Assembly: GCA_965116905.1 (NCBI GenBank)
Contig: OZ220732.1
Coordinates: 3,200,001 to 3,264,000 of the forward strand
Direction of reading: 5' to 3'
DNA length: 64,000 nt
Source of the DNA: Longimicrobiales bacterium
Lineage (GTDB): Bacteria; Gemmatimonadota; Gemmatimonadetes; Longimicrobiales; Gaopeijiaceae
The position numbers were made by a program, and so were the translations under genes. The notes under the pieces are model-generated. The model made no database searches. It was not told the DNA's origin and saw only the letters and a list, made by a program, of their open reading frames with translations. Numbering within the stretch: position 1 is the stretch's first letter; each line of letters starts with the position of its first letter. This document shows, piece by piece, positions 20,234-31,440 of this stretch.

Positions 20234-21531
20234 CCGCGCACCCCTCCCTTCAACCGCTCCTCGACGGCGTCGAAGATCTCCCGGGCCACAGCGGACTTGC
20301 TCATCAGCGGCAGCGTCCTGCGCCCGCCTTCGCGATCGAGGATGGTCGCCCGGTTGGTGTCCGCCTCGAATCCGGCGTCCGGCTTCCCCGCCGGGTTCGC
20401 CACGATGATGTCGAGTCCCTTTGCGGCGAGCTTCCCTGCGGCACGCTGGACAAGGCCCGACGTCTCCAGGGCGAAGCCCACCGAGACCGCACCCGGCTTC
20501 ATCCTCGCGGCGGACTCGGCGGCGATGTCCGGATTCGCCACCATGCTGACCGCGACCTCGTCACCCGCCGACGCCCGCTTCAGCTTGTCGGCACGCGGGG
20601 AGGCGGGACGATAGTCGGCGACGGCAGCCGCGTGCACGGCAACATCCACGGCGCCGACGGCGTCGAGCACGGCGTCGCGCATCTCCAGCGCGGTCTCCAC
20701 CCGCACCACATCGACCCCGTACGGCGCCGGGCCGCCGACGGGACCCGTGACGAGCGTGACGTCTGCACCGCGCAGACGGGCCGCGCGAGCGAGCGCATGC
20801 CCCATCTTGCCGGACGAACGGTTGCCGACGAAGCGTACCGCGTCCAGCGGTTCACGCGTGGGCCCCGAGGTGACGAGCACCCTGGCGCCCGAGAGAGGGC
20901 CTCCGGGGTGCAGCGCCCGGCCCACCGCATCGACGATCGCGGACGGATCGGCCATTCGTCCCGGTCCGCTTCCCTCACCCGCTGCCAGACGACCCGTGGC
21001 CGGGCCCACGCGGTGGTGTCCGGGCGCCGCGTCGAGCAGCGTGAGGTTGGCACGGGTTCTCGGGTGCGCGAACATCCTGTCGTTCATCGCCGGCGCGAAG
21101 ACGACCGGAGATTCGCAGGCCGACATGACCGTGCCGAGGAGGTCGCTGGCGCGTCCCGAGGCGGCCCGGGCCAGAAAGTCGGCCGTCGCGGGCGCCACGC
21201 ATACGCAGTCCGCGTCGCGTCCAAGAGCGACGTGGAGGGCCGCACCCCCGACCGCGAAGAGATCGATCAGGGGTCCGCGACCGGTCACCCCCTCGAACGC
21301 AAGGGGAGCGACGAACCGCCGGGCGGCGGCCGTGAGTACCACGTCCACGGTGGCGCCGTGCAGCGTAAGGTCACGCGCGACCTGCACCGACTTGTACGCC
21401 GCGATCCCACCGCACACGCCGAGAACGACGCGCTTGCCCAGCCAGGGGGGTGCCGGTTCCAGCGCGCCCGGGGCCCGGTCTCCGGCCGCGCATGGCTCCG
21501 GGGCCTCATGGACCGGGCCGCCGGGAGACAC
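20230..21531 (-). CDS. coaBC: Bifunctional PPC decarboxylase/synthetase
   Basis: GGIAAYK, APATAD, PAMN, GPTREPLDAVRFVGNRSSGKMG, AAAVADY, VGFALET. Confidence 0.95.
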   Translation of the reverse strand: MSPGGPVHEAPEPCAAGDRAPGALEPAPPWLGKRVVLGVCGGIAAYKSVQVARDLTLHGATVDVVLTAAARRFVAPLAFEGVTGRGPLIDLFAVGGAALHVALGRDADCVCVAPATADFLARAASGRASDLLGTVMSACESPVVFAPAMNDRMFAHPRTRANLTLLDAAPGHHRVGPATGRLAAGEGSGPGRMADPSAIVDAVGRALHPGGPLSGARVLVTSGPTREPLDAVRFVGNRSSGKMGHALARAARLRGADVTLVTGPVGGPAPYGVDVVRVETALEMRDAVLDAVGAVDVAVHAAAVADYRPASPRADKLKRASAGDEVAVSMVANPDIAAESAARMKPGAVSVGFALETSGLVQRAAGKLAAKGLDIIVANPAGKPDAGFEADTNRATILDREGGRRTLPLMSKSAVAREIFDAVEERLKGGVRG

Positions 21532-21537
21532 GGGCCG

Positions 21538-21756
21538 CTATTCCGTCTCGAGACGACGGCGCCTGACCAGCCGGTACTCAACCTGCCCCGATGTGACCGC
21601 CTCCAGGGCACGGGTCGAGAGTTTCTTTTCCTCTCCCAGGGGGAGGTTGTCGCGCGGCAGCATGTTCAGTTCGCGCGCATACTTCGCGGCCACAAAGACG
21701 CCGAGGTATTTGCTCTGGTTGTGCTCCGCGATTTCGATTGGGGTAAAGACTCTCAT
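21538..21756 (-). CDS. rpoZ: RNA polymerase omega subunit
   Basis: SKYLGVFVAAKYARELN...ALE; canonical gmk-rpoZ-coaBC order. Confidence 0.88.
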   Translation of the reverse strand: MRVFTPIEIAEHNQSKYLGVFVAAKYARELNMLPRDNLPLGEEKKLSTRALEAVTSGQVEYRLVRRRRLETE

Positions 21757-22436
21757 GTTCCCTCCTTCCGGATCCCGGCGGCCGTCCCACGTCCACCGAT
21801 CCGTGCAATCTCGACGGCGGCTCCGGCCTCGAGCTCCCGGCACAACTCCTCCATCCGGGAATCGTGCGCCCTCGTTCCGACTCCGCCATCAGCGATGTCC
21901 AGCACCTGCCGGACGGCCTCTTCCAGGTCCTGATTCACTACGAATTCGTCAAATGTCGACACGCTCCGAAGCTCGTCGCGCGCTGTCCGGAGGCGGCGCA
22001 CGATTCCTTCCGGCGACTCCGTGCCGCGGCCGGTCAGGCGCGCCATCCACTGCGCCGCACCGGGCGGGAGGATGAAGATAACCAAGGCGTCGATGCCGCG
22101 CTTCATCACCTGTCGGGCACCCTGCACGTCGATGTCCAGGACGGGAACGGGCCCCGCACCCGTCAGCCCGCTCAGATTCTCGACGGGAGTTCCGTAGTAC
22201 TCGCCGTGCACCCAGGCCCACTCCGCCAGCTCTCCGCCCGCGATCATCTCCTCGAACTTCTTCCGGGAAACGAACGAGTACTCGCGTCCGGAGCGCTCCT
22301 GAGCACGCGGGGGCCGGCTGGTCGCCGAAACCGAGAAGCGGAAGCGTCCGGGGTATTCCCGCACCAGGCATTCCGCGATCGTGGTCTTGCCCGCACCCGA
22401 CGGACCGACCAGCACCAGCGGCCTCGGCGGGCTCAT
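21753..22436 (-). CDS. gmk: Guanylate kinase
   Basis: GPSGAGKTT, SVSATSRPPR, YYGT, LDIDVQGA. Confidence 0.96.
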   Translation of the reverse strand: MSPPRPLVLVGPSGAGKTTIAECLVREYPGRFRFSVSATSRPPRAQERSGREYSFVSRKKFEEMIAGGELAEWAWVHGEYYGTPVENLSGLTGAGPVPVLDIDVQGARQVMKRGIDALVIFILPPGAAQWMARLTGRGTESPEGIVRRLRTARDELRSVSTFDEFVVNQDLEEAVRQVLDIADGGVGTRAHDSRMEELCRELEAGAAVEIARIGGRGTAAGIRKEGT

Positions 22437-23380
22437 TCGATGTTCTCCAGCTGCTCGCGAATCCGCTCCAGCTCCTCCTTGATGGCCACCGCCGCCGCCG
22501 AAATGCCCGCATCGTTGGCCTTGGCTCCGAGGGTGTTGGCCTCCCGGTTCATCTCCTGCACCACGAACCCGAGGCGCTTGCCGACGGGACCGTTCGTCTC
22601 CGCCGGCCCCGCGGACGCGGCTTCCGCGACGGCCGCCCTTCCAGCCGACAGCCCCTCGGCGCTCCGCAGGTGCTCTGCGAAGAACGCCGCGTGCGACCGC
22701 AACCGAACGACCTCTTCCGAGATGTCCCACTTCTCGGCGAGGTACGCGATCTCGCGCGCCAGGCGGTCCTCGTCCACCTCCACCGCATCCGACAGCGCAA
22801 GAACCCGCTCGCGCAGCCGGTCGCGCTCCCGTACCAGACGCGCCGGGGCAAGGGCCTCCACGGATTCCAGTCGGGCGGCAATCGCGTCGAGAGCCGTGCG
22901 GAGTTCTTCCTCGAGGCGCGCCCCCTCGGCCTCCCGCATGGCGACCAGCTCGTCCAGCGCGACCGTCACACACTCCAGGAGTCCGTCCTCGTCGGGCGGG
23001 TCGTCGTGCGATTTCCCGCTCCGCCACACACCCGGCAGGGCCGCAATCGCTCCAAGGTCCAGGGATCCCTCCACCGCGAGTTCCTCCGCCGCTTTCCGCA
23101 GCGCCGTCACATGCCGCCGGACCCGCTCCACGTCCAGATCGGGGACCCGGGGGTCTTCCCGGTCGACGGTCTCGCAAGCGACCGCGAGCGCGACGCGTCC
23201 GCGGGCCAGCCTTTCACGCACTCTCGAAGTCGTCGCCGACTCGAGGTGCTCCCAGCCGCGGGGAAGCCGTACGCTGACGCTCAGGTGCCGATGATTGACC
23301 GTGCGCACCTCGACTCGCAGTATCCGGCCGTCCGACAATTCGGTCTCGGCAGTCCCGTATCCCGTCATGCTGCGGATCAT
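22433..23380 (-). CDS. yicC: YicC/YloC family endoribonuclease
   Basis: MIRSMTGYG, RTVNHR, DISEEVVRL, QEMNREANTLGAK, REQLENIE. Confidence 0.95.
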   Translation of the reverse strand: MIRSMTGYGTAETELSDGRILRVEVRTVNHRHLSVSVRLPRGWEHLESATTSRVRERLARGRVALAVACETVDREDPRVPDLDVERVRRHVTALRKAAEELAVEGSLDLGAIAALPGVWRSGKSHDDPPDEDGLLECVTVALDELVAMREAEGARLEEELRTALDAIAARLESVEALAPARLVRERDRLRERVLALSDAVEVDEDRLAREIAYLAEKWDISEEVVRLRSHAAFFAEHLRSAEGLSAGRAAVAEAASAGPAETNGPVGKRLGFVVQEMNREANTLGAKANDAGISAAAVAIKEELERIREQLENIE

Positions 23381-23399
23381 TGGGGTCCCCGGCTTCCCG

Positions 23400-25370
23400 T
23401 CAGTTCCAGAATGTCCACCTGACCCCGTAAAGGCTGCGGGTCCCCGGCAGGAGTATCCCGGGCACGTCCTGGTTGTTTCGCCTCAGCGTCAGGTTGTCTA
23501 TCGTCGCAAAGATATTCAGCGTCAGGAAGCGCATCTGCAGCCTGAAATACCAGCTCTGGTAGAAGGGTACCACCGACGGCACGAGCGTGCCCGGCTCGAT
23601 TGTCTCGTCCTCCTCCGACGGTTCCGCCTCGGTCGGCAACGGCACGTACATGCTGGAGCGCCCCTGCGCCCCCAGATCGACCCACAGCTCGAAGTTGCCG
23701 CTCGCGCGAAAGGTCCGATGAAACGAGAGGCTGCCCCGGTAGATGTGGTCCGGAAAGTAGAGCGACAGGGAGTCCTGCGGCTCCCATAACTGCACCTCGG
23801 CCACGAAGAACAGACCGGTCGGACGAAGCGGAATGCGGCCCGTGAGCTCCCAGCCCTGCCGCCGGGGCTGGGGAAGCACGAATCCATCCCGGTCGAAGAG
23901 CAGCTGGGTGGGCCACACCGAATCCGCTTCCGCCGACAAGCGGGCCCCGGCAACCTCGACCGCGCGCCAGCTCAGCCTTGCGCCCACGCGGGTGCCGGTG
24001 CGGTGGGTGAAGCGGCTCTCGGGGAGCGGGTCGGCTTCAAGCGTGTCCGGCTCGGGGACGGGGTCGGCGACGCTGTCCACCGGCTCATCCGGAACCGGCG
24101 GGTTCAGGAACGGGACTGACCGGCTGCCGGCGCCCCGTTCGACAAAGAGTGAAAGGTACGGCACGGGTGTCAGCCAGGCCGTCACGTCGTACCCGGTCCC
24201 CGTCCGAGCGTCCCACGACTCGCGCCAGACGCGACCGGTTGCCCCGCCCCACTGCGCCGAGGTGGCCGACGCCTCAACCGCAAGCTCGCGATCCGCAACC
24301 CCGTCGCCACTGTTGAACCGCGCCGTCGTGCGCGCCCACAGGCGATCCCGGCCCAGCGACAGCCGCGCCCCGTACTGACCGCGAGACTCCGGTGCGAATG
24401 GGAAGACCTCCGTGCTGTCGCCCACCGCGATGGAGGCGCCCATCGCCCACGCCTCCGCCACCGCCGCCTCGCCGAGCGACCAGTTTCCCTGCAGCGTCCA
24501 GTCCGACCGGTTGACCTCTGTAGGAGACGGCGTCAGGACCGTTCGCTGGCCCGTCATGCGACGTGTTTCGAAGCGTATCCCACCGCGGTCGCCCCGGTGC
24601 AGGCTGTATCGCAGCCAGCCGCCCATCGTGGCGCCCGGCGCGTCCTGACTCTGCGTGTCCAGCCGCTCGACCGCGAGCGCCGCCTTGCCGCCGAATGCTC
24701 GCGGCAGGGAAAACGTTGCGCGCATCAGGTTGGTGTCCAGATCGCCTGTTCCGGCTTCGATGAGCGACATCGCCCGTGGGTCGCTGTGCTCGAGGCGGAA
24801 TAGATGCACATCGACACCGCTCGCGCGTCGTACGACTCGGACCCGTTCGATCCCGGCCAGGGAAACCCGGGCCAGATCCGGGATCGACCCCTCGAGCGGC
24901 AGATGCTCGACCCCGTCGTAGTAAAGGCGCAATGCTCCCCCGGCGTAGCCCACCGGAACGACCGCGACGGCGGACCCGAAGTCGCCGCCGCGCACTCCGA
25001 GGAGGCCCGGGATTTCCGAGAGCAGTTCCCACAGGGTCTGGCCGCGCGCCGCCAGCAGCTGTTCGCGGTCCCATTCCCAGATGCCCGCGGCCAGACCGGC
25101 CGGAACCGGGTCGGGGAGGGTCGGCATGACCGGGGGCGGCGGCAGGCTGTCGACCTCGAGGCTGTCGGCGGCGAGCGAGTCCGCGACCAGGGTATCCGCC
25201 GTCAGCGTGTCCAGGGCCAGCGAGTCGGCGGTCAGGCTGTCCGCGACCAGGACCGAGTCCACCCCCAGCGAGTCCGGGACCTGCAGGGTGTCCGGGGGTT
25301 CCTGACCGGCGGTCGCCGACGCCGAAAGCACGATAAACACCACAAACATGACCGGGGCGATCGTCGCCAT
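23400..25370 (-). CDS. Outer-membrane beta-barrel protein with TonB-receptor plug-like domain
   Basis: Signal peptide (FVVFIVLSASATAG-Q), plug-like ELLSEIPGL...YYDGV...IERVRVVR, amphipathic strands, C-terminal YGVRWTFWN; start uncertain. Confidence 0.7.
   Translation of the reverse strand: MATIAPVMFVVFIVLSASATAGQEPPDTLQVPDSLGVDSVLVADSLTADSLALDTLTADTLVADSLAADSLEVDSLPPPPVMPTLPDPVPAGLAAGIWEWDREQLLAARGQTLWELLSEIPGLLGVRGGDFGSAVAVVPVGYAGGALRLYYDGVEHLPLEGSIPDLARVSLAGIERVRVVRRASGVDVHLFRLEHSDPRAMSLIEAGTGDLDTNLMRATFSLPRAFGGKAALAVERLDTQSQDAPGATMGGWLRYSLHRGDRGGIRFETRRMTGQRTVLTPSPTEVNRSDWTLQGNWSLGEAAVAEAWAMGASIAVGDSTEVFPFAPESRGQYGARLSLGRDRLWARTTARFNSGDGVADRELAVEASATSAQWGGATGRVWRESWDARTGTGYDVTAWLTPVPYLSLFVERGAGSRSVPFLNPPVPDEPVDSVADPVPEPDTLEADPLPESRFTHRTGTRVGARLSWRAVEVAGARLSAEADSVWPTQLLFDRDGFVLPQPRRQGWELTGRIPLRPTGLFFVAEVQLWEPQDSLSLYFPDHIYRGSLSFHRTFRASGNFELWVDLGAQGRSSMYVPLPTEAEPSEEDETIEPGTLVPSVVPFYQSWYFRLQMRFLTLNIFATIDNLTLRRNNQDVPGILLPGTRSLYGVRWTFWN
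25143..25292 (-). repeat. Ten roughly pentapeptide xxD(S/T)(L/V) repeats at the OMP N-terminus
   Basis: PDTLQVPDSLGVDSVLVADSLTADSLALDTLTADTLVADSLAADSLEVDSL. Confidence 0.9.
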
Positions 25371-25420
25371 CGACGTGGCGCCCGCCCGCCCAGGCGAAGA
25401 CAGCCCCGACACCCCGTCCC

Positions 25421-26935
25421 TCAGACGCCCGCGCGTGCCCTTACCCACTCCAGGAGGAGGCGGCAGGGGCGCCCTGCGGGTCCATCCCTCAGGTAGGGCT
25501 TCTTCGTTTTGCCGTACGCCGTGCCGGCGATGTCCAGGTGGGCCCAAGGTGTGTGTCCGACGAATTCCGAGAGGAAACAGGCGGCCGTGATCGTTCCGGC
25601 CGCGCGGCCACCGACGTTCTTGAGATCGGCAACCTGGCTGCGCAGTTGCTTCCGGTATTCCTCGTCGAGGGGAAGCGGCCAGCAGGGCTCGGACGCGAGG
25701 TCGCCCGCCTCGCGCAACTCGCCGAGCAGGTCTTCGTCATTGCCGAGAAGCGCCGCGCGGTGGTGTCCGAGCGCGACCACGCAGGCCCCCGTCAGCGTGG
25801 CACAGTCCACGATCGCCGCCGGCTCCCAGCTCAGGGCATAGTCAAGGGCGTCGGCGAGGATCAGGCGGCCCTCGGCGTCCGTGTTGATCACCTCGATCGT
25901 CTTCCCCCGCCGGCTGCGCACCACATCGCCCGGCTTCGTCGCCGACCCGTTCAGCAGGTTTTCCGAACTGGGCACGACCGCCTTGACGTTCACGGGAAGA
26001 TCCAGCTCACCGATCGCTTTCATCGCACCCAGAACGGCCGCGCCGCCGGACATGTCGTACTTCATCTTCTCCATTCCCCTCGCGGGTTTGATGGAGATGC
26101 CGCCGGCGTCGAACGTCAGCCCCTTCCCGACCAGTACGAGCGGTGCGGCACCCGCGTCGCCCCCCTGGTGCTCGAGCACGATGAGGCGCGGTTCCTCGTC
26201 GGACCCTCTCGCCACCGAGAGCAGTGCGCCCATCCCCTCTCGCTCCATCTCCGCGGGGCCGAGAACGTCGCACTTCAACCCCGACTCATCCGCGATTTGC
26301 ACGGCTTCGTCCGCCAGGTGCGACGGGGTGGCCAGATTGCCGGGGGTGGCCTGCAGGGTGCGGGCCAGGTTCTCCGCGTTCGCGAATGCCCGCCCGAACC
26401 GGACCGCCTCGTCCCACGCGTGCCGCGACGCGCCCGCGACCACGGCCGAGCGAACCGGGCGGCTCCCGTCGCCGTCCGTCGCTTCCGCACCCGTGTCCTC
26501 CCCGCCACGCGACTTCAGTTCGTCGAATCGCCAGGCGGCCAGCACCATCCCTTCCGCCGCGGCCTGAACATGTCGTGCCTCGATGTCCGGGCCGAGCTCC
26601 GCGAGGCTCAGCGCGAGCGATGGCAGCTCCAGCCGTTCGGCGAAGCGCACGGCCTCCCCGGCGGCGCAGCGAACCGTCTCGGGGGTCAGTGACCCCGATT
26701 CGCCAACACCGAGATAGAGGACCCTGAGCGGACCATCCGTACCGCGGCAGCGGCCCGTGACGCGATCGCCTCTGCGCCCGCGAAAATCCCCAATGGCAGC
26801 GGCCGCCCCTAGTACGCCGCCGAAGCGTTCATCGAACGCGTCCAAGTGCTCGAGGGATCGATCAGAGGCAGCCAGGACCGCAATCAGCGGCGTGGCGACC
26901 GCCTCGGGGGCCGTGGACGACAGGGTCAGTTCCAT
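25421..26935 (-). CDS. pepA: Leucyl aminopeptidase (M17)
   Basis: GKGLTFDAGG, MKYDMSG, NTDAEGRL, ATLTGA, HLDIAG. Confidence 0.97.
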   Translation of the reverse strand: MELTLSSTAPEAVATPLIAVLAASDRSLEHLDAFDERFGGVLGAAAAIGDFRGRRGDRVTGRCRGTDGPLRVLYLGVGESGSLTPETVRCAAGEAVRFAERLELPSLALSLAELGPDIEARHVQAAAEGMVLAAWRFDELKSRGGEDTGAEATDGDGSRPVRSAVVAGASRHAWDEAVRFGRAFANAENLARTLQATPGNLATPSHLADEAVQIADESGLKCDVLGPAEMEREGMGALLSVARGSDEEPRLIVLEHQGGDAGAAPLVLVGKGLTFDAGGISIKPARGMEKMKYDMSGGAAVLGAMKAIGELDLPVNVKAVVPSSENLLNGSATKPGDVVRSRRGKTIEVINTDAEGRLILADALDYALSWEPAAIVDCATLTGACVVALGHHRAALLGNDEDLLGELREAGDLASEPCWPLPLDEEYRKQLRSQVADLKNVGGRAAGTITAACFLSEFVGHTPWAHLDIAGTAYGKTKKPYLRDGPAGRPCRLLLEWVRARAGV

Positions 26936-26960
26936 CTCGCGGGACTCCCGGCGGGCAGCA

Positions 26961-28196
<1,236 letters not shown>

Positions 28197-28311
28197 GCGT
28201 GGGCTCCAGGTTTTGGGGGATGATGCCGGCTATTGGATAAATGTGACGGCTGGACAGGCGCATTAGAAGGGGCAGCGGGACTGGTGAACCATAGGCCGTG
28301 ACAAAACCGTG

Positions 28312-28335
28312 GACAGATTCTAGCTTGAATCTGTC
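28312..28335. promoter_or_regulatory. 24-bp near-perfect palindrome, candidate operator
   Basis: GACAGATTC-TAGCTT-GAATCTGTC, in the divergent icd/fic intergenic region. Confidence 0.55.
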
Positions 28336-28377
28336 ACTGCCTGCGACGAAGACTCAGTGGAAGGGGCTTTTGGCGCG

Positions 28378-29583
28378 ATGGAACCTCGTCCGTCCCAACC
28401 TCGATACCGCCGACACTGGGGTATTTCTTCCCGTACGCGCTACCAGCTGGGACAGTGCGCCGCCCTGGTCACGGCGATCCGGGCGGTACCGACGCGGCCT
28501 GGAGTCGGCCGCCGCCTCGTCGACCGCGCACTGGCGCGTGGCGCCATGGCCACGACCGGCATCGCGGGAATCTCGGTCGACGAACACGCGGTTGCACGCG
28601 CAATGGCCGATCGGAGCATGCCAGACGCCCGCCTGCCCCTTTTGCGCGACGTGATGAACGTGGTCGACGCCACCGTTGCACTGCTCGACGACATCGCGGC
28701 CGGGGACGCCCGAACCGTCGACGCCCGAACCGTCGACGTCCCGACCGTCGACTCGGACCTGCTCCGGCGGGTGCACCGCATGGTCGGGGAGGGGCTGGGA
28801 GACCGCTTCGCCGCCACCCCGGGCCAATTCCGCAAGGAGAGCGCGGGCGGGCCGTACACCGCTCCGCGGGCGGACGAGGTGGACGGGCTTGTGGACGGCG
28901 TGTTGGCGTGGCTTCAAAGGGAGTTCCCCGATGGCCGCGGCGCCTTTGGCCGAGCGGTCGTGCGGGCCCTGGTCACGCACGTCTACATACTGTGGATCCG
29001 GCCATTCGGAGACGGGAACGGTCGCACGGCACGCCTGCTGGAGACCTATGTCCTCGCCGCCGCCGGCACGCCCGCGGTCGCTTCGCACCTGCTGACCGAG
29101 TTCTATGCCCAGACCCGGGACGAGTATCTTCGCCAGCTCGAACTTGCGTCCCGCGACCGCTCCCTGACCTCCTTCATCGCGTACGCGGTCGAGGGTCTCC
29201 GCGACCATCTGCAGACGTGTTTCGAGGCCGTCACGCAGGCCCACTTCGAGGCCGCGTGGCGCAGTTTCGTGACGGACAGGTTCACAGCGCGGAACTACCG
29301 TAAGAAGACCGTTTTCCGGCGCCGCCGCGACCTGATGCTCGCGATACCTATGGACCGGCCGTTCGCGATGGCCGACCTCTCCCGACTCGACCCGGAGCTC
29401 TCGGATCGCTACGGCGGGCTTTCCGCGCGGACGCGCCGGCGCGATCTGGCGGAACTGGTCGAAGCCGGGCTACTCCTGGAGTCGGACGGCGTGTTCACAG
29501 CGAACACCGACGCGCTGCGCACCCACGCCCGCTCGCCTAACCGGACTCCCGGTCCCCGGGACGCGGGAAGAACTGATCGATAA
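28378..29583 (+). CDS. Fic-domain protein with C-terminal HTH, non-canonical motif
   Basis: [15 protein letters not shown] (HPFxDGNGR with H replaced by R), PGQFR, C-terminal [18 protein letters not shown]; alternative GTG at 28357. Confidence 0.88.
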   Translation: MEPRPSQPRYRRHWGISSRTRYQLGQCAALVTAIRAVPTRPGVGRRLVDRALARGAMATTGIAGISVDEHAVARAMADRSMPDARLPLLRDVMNVVDATVALLDDIAAGDARTVDARTVDVPTVDSDLLRRVHRMVGEGLGDRFAATPGQFRKESAGGPYTAPRADEVDGLVDGVLAWLQREFPDGRGAFGRAVVRALVTHVYILWIRPFGDGNGRTARLLETYVLAAAGTPAVASHLLTEFYAQTRDEYLRQLELASRDRSLTSFIAYAVEGLRDHLQTCFEAVTQAHFEAAWRSFVTDRFTARNYRKKTVFRRRRDLMLAIPMDRPFAMADLSRLDPELSDRYGGLSARTRRRDLAELVEAGLLLESDGVFTANTDALRTHARSPNRTPGPRDAGRTDR

Positions 29584-29932
29584 GAATGGGATTGTCGTCC
29601 GGGTCCACCAGAACGATGCTGGCCGGGCCGGTTCCCTGCGGGTCCGTGTCCGTCGTGATGTCGATCCCGCCCGCAATCAGCGCCGCGCGGATATCCCTCA
29701 CATCCGTGAAATCCTCGACCCGCGAGGTGTCCTGTGCGAGACCCGGATTGAAGGTCAGGATGTTCTTGTCGAACAGGCCATGAAAAAGACCGAGAACCGT
29801 GGTCCCGTTGACCATCATCAAATACCGCTCCCCGTCGCCGCCCGTCACCGAGAATCCGAGTCTCTCGTAGAACGACCGGGAAACGGCGAGGTCCTTGACG
29901 GTGAGGCTCATCGAAAACGCGCCGAGTTGCAT
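29537..29932 (-). CDS. VOC/glyoxalase family protein
   Basis: [19 protein letters not shown]...[13 protein letters not shown]. Confidence 0.9.
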   Translation of the reverse strand: MQLGAFSMSLTVKDLAVSRSFYERLGFSVTGGDGERYLMMVNGTTVLGLFHGLFDKNILTFNPGLAQDTSRVEDFTDVRDIRAALIAGGIDITTDTDPQGTGPASIVLVDPDDNPILIDQFFPRPGDRESG

Positions 29933-29934
29933 GA

Positions 29935-30426
29935 ATGAAGATACAACATCCGCTCACCGCCGATCCGTCGCGGGCCATGGGCATCGACTACGGCACCCGC
30001 CGCATCGGCATTGCCCTGAGCGACCCGACCGGCACGCTCGCGACGCCGCTGACCACGCTCGCGCGGCGCGCCGGAAAGCGGGCGCCCATCGCGAGAATCC
30101 TGGAACTCGCCGCGAAGCACGACGTAGGGCGGTTTGTGGTGGGACTTCCCCTGCATCCGCAGGGGGGTGAGAATACATGGACCGCCGAGACCCGCGAGTT
30201 CGGGAGGCGGCTGCGGCACCGGAGCGGCCTGCCCGTCCATTTCATTGACGAGTCCTATTCATCGGCGGAAGCCGAGGCGAGGATCCGCTTCATCGGATTG
30301 AAGCGGGCGCAGAGGGAAGAAAAAGCGAGGATCGATGCCGGAGCAGCCGCGATCATCCTCCAGGACTGGCTCGACGCCCGTGCCCTGGACACACCAGAGG
30401 ATCTCGGTGGAGGGCCAGCACCGTAA
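29935..30426 (+). CDS. ruvX: YqgF/RuvX family nuclease
   Basis: [38 protein letters not shown]; start may be downstream (ATG 29977). Confidence 0.93.
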   Translation: MKIQHPLTADPSRAMGIDYGTRRIGIALSDPTGTLATPLTTLARRAGKRAPIARILELAAKHDVGRFVVGLPLHPQGGENTWTAETREFGRRLRHRSGLPVHFIDESYSSAEAEARIRFIGLKRAQREEKARIDAGAAAIILQDWLDARALDTPEDLGGGPAP

Positions 30427-31402
30427 CGTTCTCGCCGGCGCGGTCCTGCTCCTGGCAATCCTCGCCGCCACGCTGGCGGCCACCGCGCATCCGCGCGCAG
30501 CGGCCAGGGGCGAGGTGTTGGTCGAAATCCCTTCCGGTACGCCATTCCACGCCGTTGTCGGCATCCTCGAAGACGGGCAAGTGATCACCCGGCCCGGGCT
30601 GTTCGGCATCTACGCGCGCCTCCGTTCGCTGGACCATTCCGTCAGGGCCGGCACCTACCGGCTCCCGCGCGGCGCGAGGTTCTCCGAGGTGCACTCGGCT
30701 CTGTCGAGGGGTCGTGTCGTGACCCATCCGATGACCATCCCGGAGGGGCTCACGATCAGGGGGATGGCCGGCCGTATCGCGATGGCCGCCGGCGCCGATT
30801 CGGCGGAGGTGGCCGAAGAGCTGGCCGGGCAGGAGTTGCACGAGGCCTGGAACGTGCCCGGTCCGGGACTCGAGGGCTACCTCTTCCCGGACACCTACAG
30901 GTTCGCCGAGGGCGTGGCCCTGGAGCGGGTGGTTGCGGCCATGATCGACCGCTACCGGCGCTACTGGACGCAGGAGCGGCGTGAACGTCTCTCAGCCCTT
31001 GGCCTCTCCGAACGGGAAGCGGTCACGCTCGCCTCCATCATCCAGGCGGAGGCGACGCTCGTGTCCGAGATGCGCACGATTTCGAGCGTCTATCACAACC
31101 GGTTGCGGATCGGCATGCTGCTGCAGTCGGACCCGACTGTGCTTTACGCGCTCGGTGGCCACCGGCGCCGCCTTCTGCACGCCGCAATCGACTCGGTGGC
31201 GGACAATCCCTACAGTACCTACGCGCACCCCGGGCTGCCGCCGGGACCCATTTGTGCGCCCGGCGCCGACGCTCTCGACGCGGCGCTGGATCCCGCGGAA
31301 ACGGACTACCTGTACTTCGTCGCCGGGCCGGACAACACCCACGTCTTCACCCGGTCGTTGCGCGAGCACAACGCGGCCCGCCGACGCGTCGGGCGGCCGT
31401 AG
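30407..31402 (+). CDS. mltG: Endolytic transglycosylase MltG
   Basis: TIPEG, LEGYLFPDTY, LASIIQAE, NRL...LQSDPT, NPYSTY..GLPPGPI, YLYFV. Confidence 0.95.
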   Translation: MEGQHRNVLAGAVLLLAILAATLAATAHPRAAARGEVLVEIPSGTPFHAVVGILEDGQVITRPGLFGIYARLRSLDHSVRAGTYRLPRGARFSEVHSALSRGRVVTHPMTIPEGLTIRGMAGRIAMAAGADSAEVAEELAGQELHEAWNVPGPGLEGYLFPDTYRFAEGVALERVVAAMIDRYRRYWTQERRERLSALGLSEREAVTLASIIQAEATLVSEMRTISSVYHNRLRIGMLLQSDPTVLYALGGHRRRLLHAAIDSVADNPYSTYAHPGLPPGPICAPGADALDAALDPAETDYLYFVAGPDNTHVFTRSLREHNAARRRVGRP

Positions 31403-31440
31403 CACACTCCACTGAACGCAGCGGCGACGGATCGCGACCG

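Noticed and set aside
20950..21000. CoaBC substrate-clamp motif lacks Cys (GRLAAGEGSGPGRM)
   Set aside because: Cys-less variants are common in other phyla; not evidence of inactivation
31403..31440. Possible TPP riboswitch before thiE or thiD, or Moco riboswitch before the moa genes
   Set aside because: Intergenic gaps are too short and lack the conserved aptamer motifs
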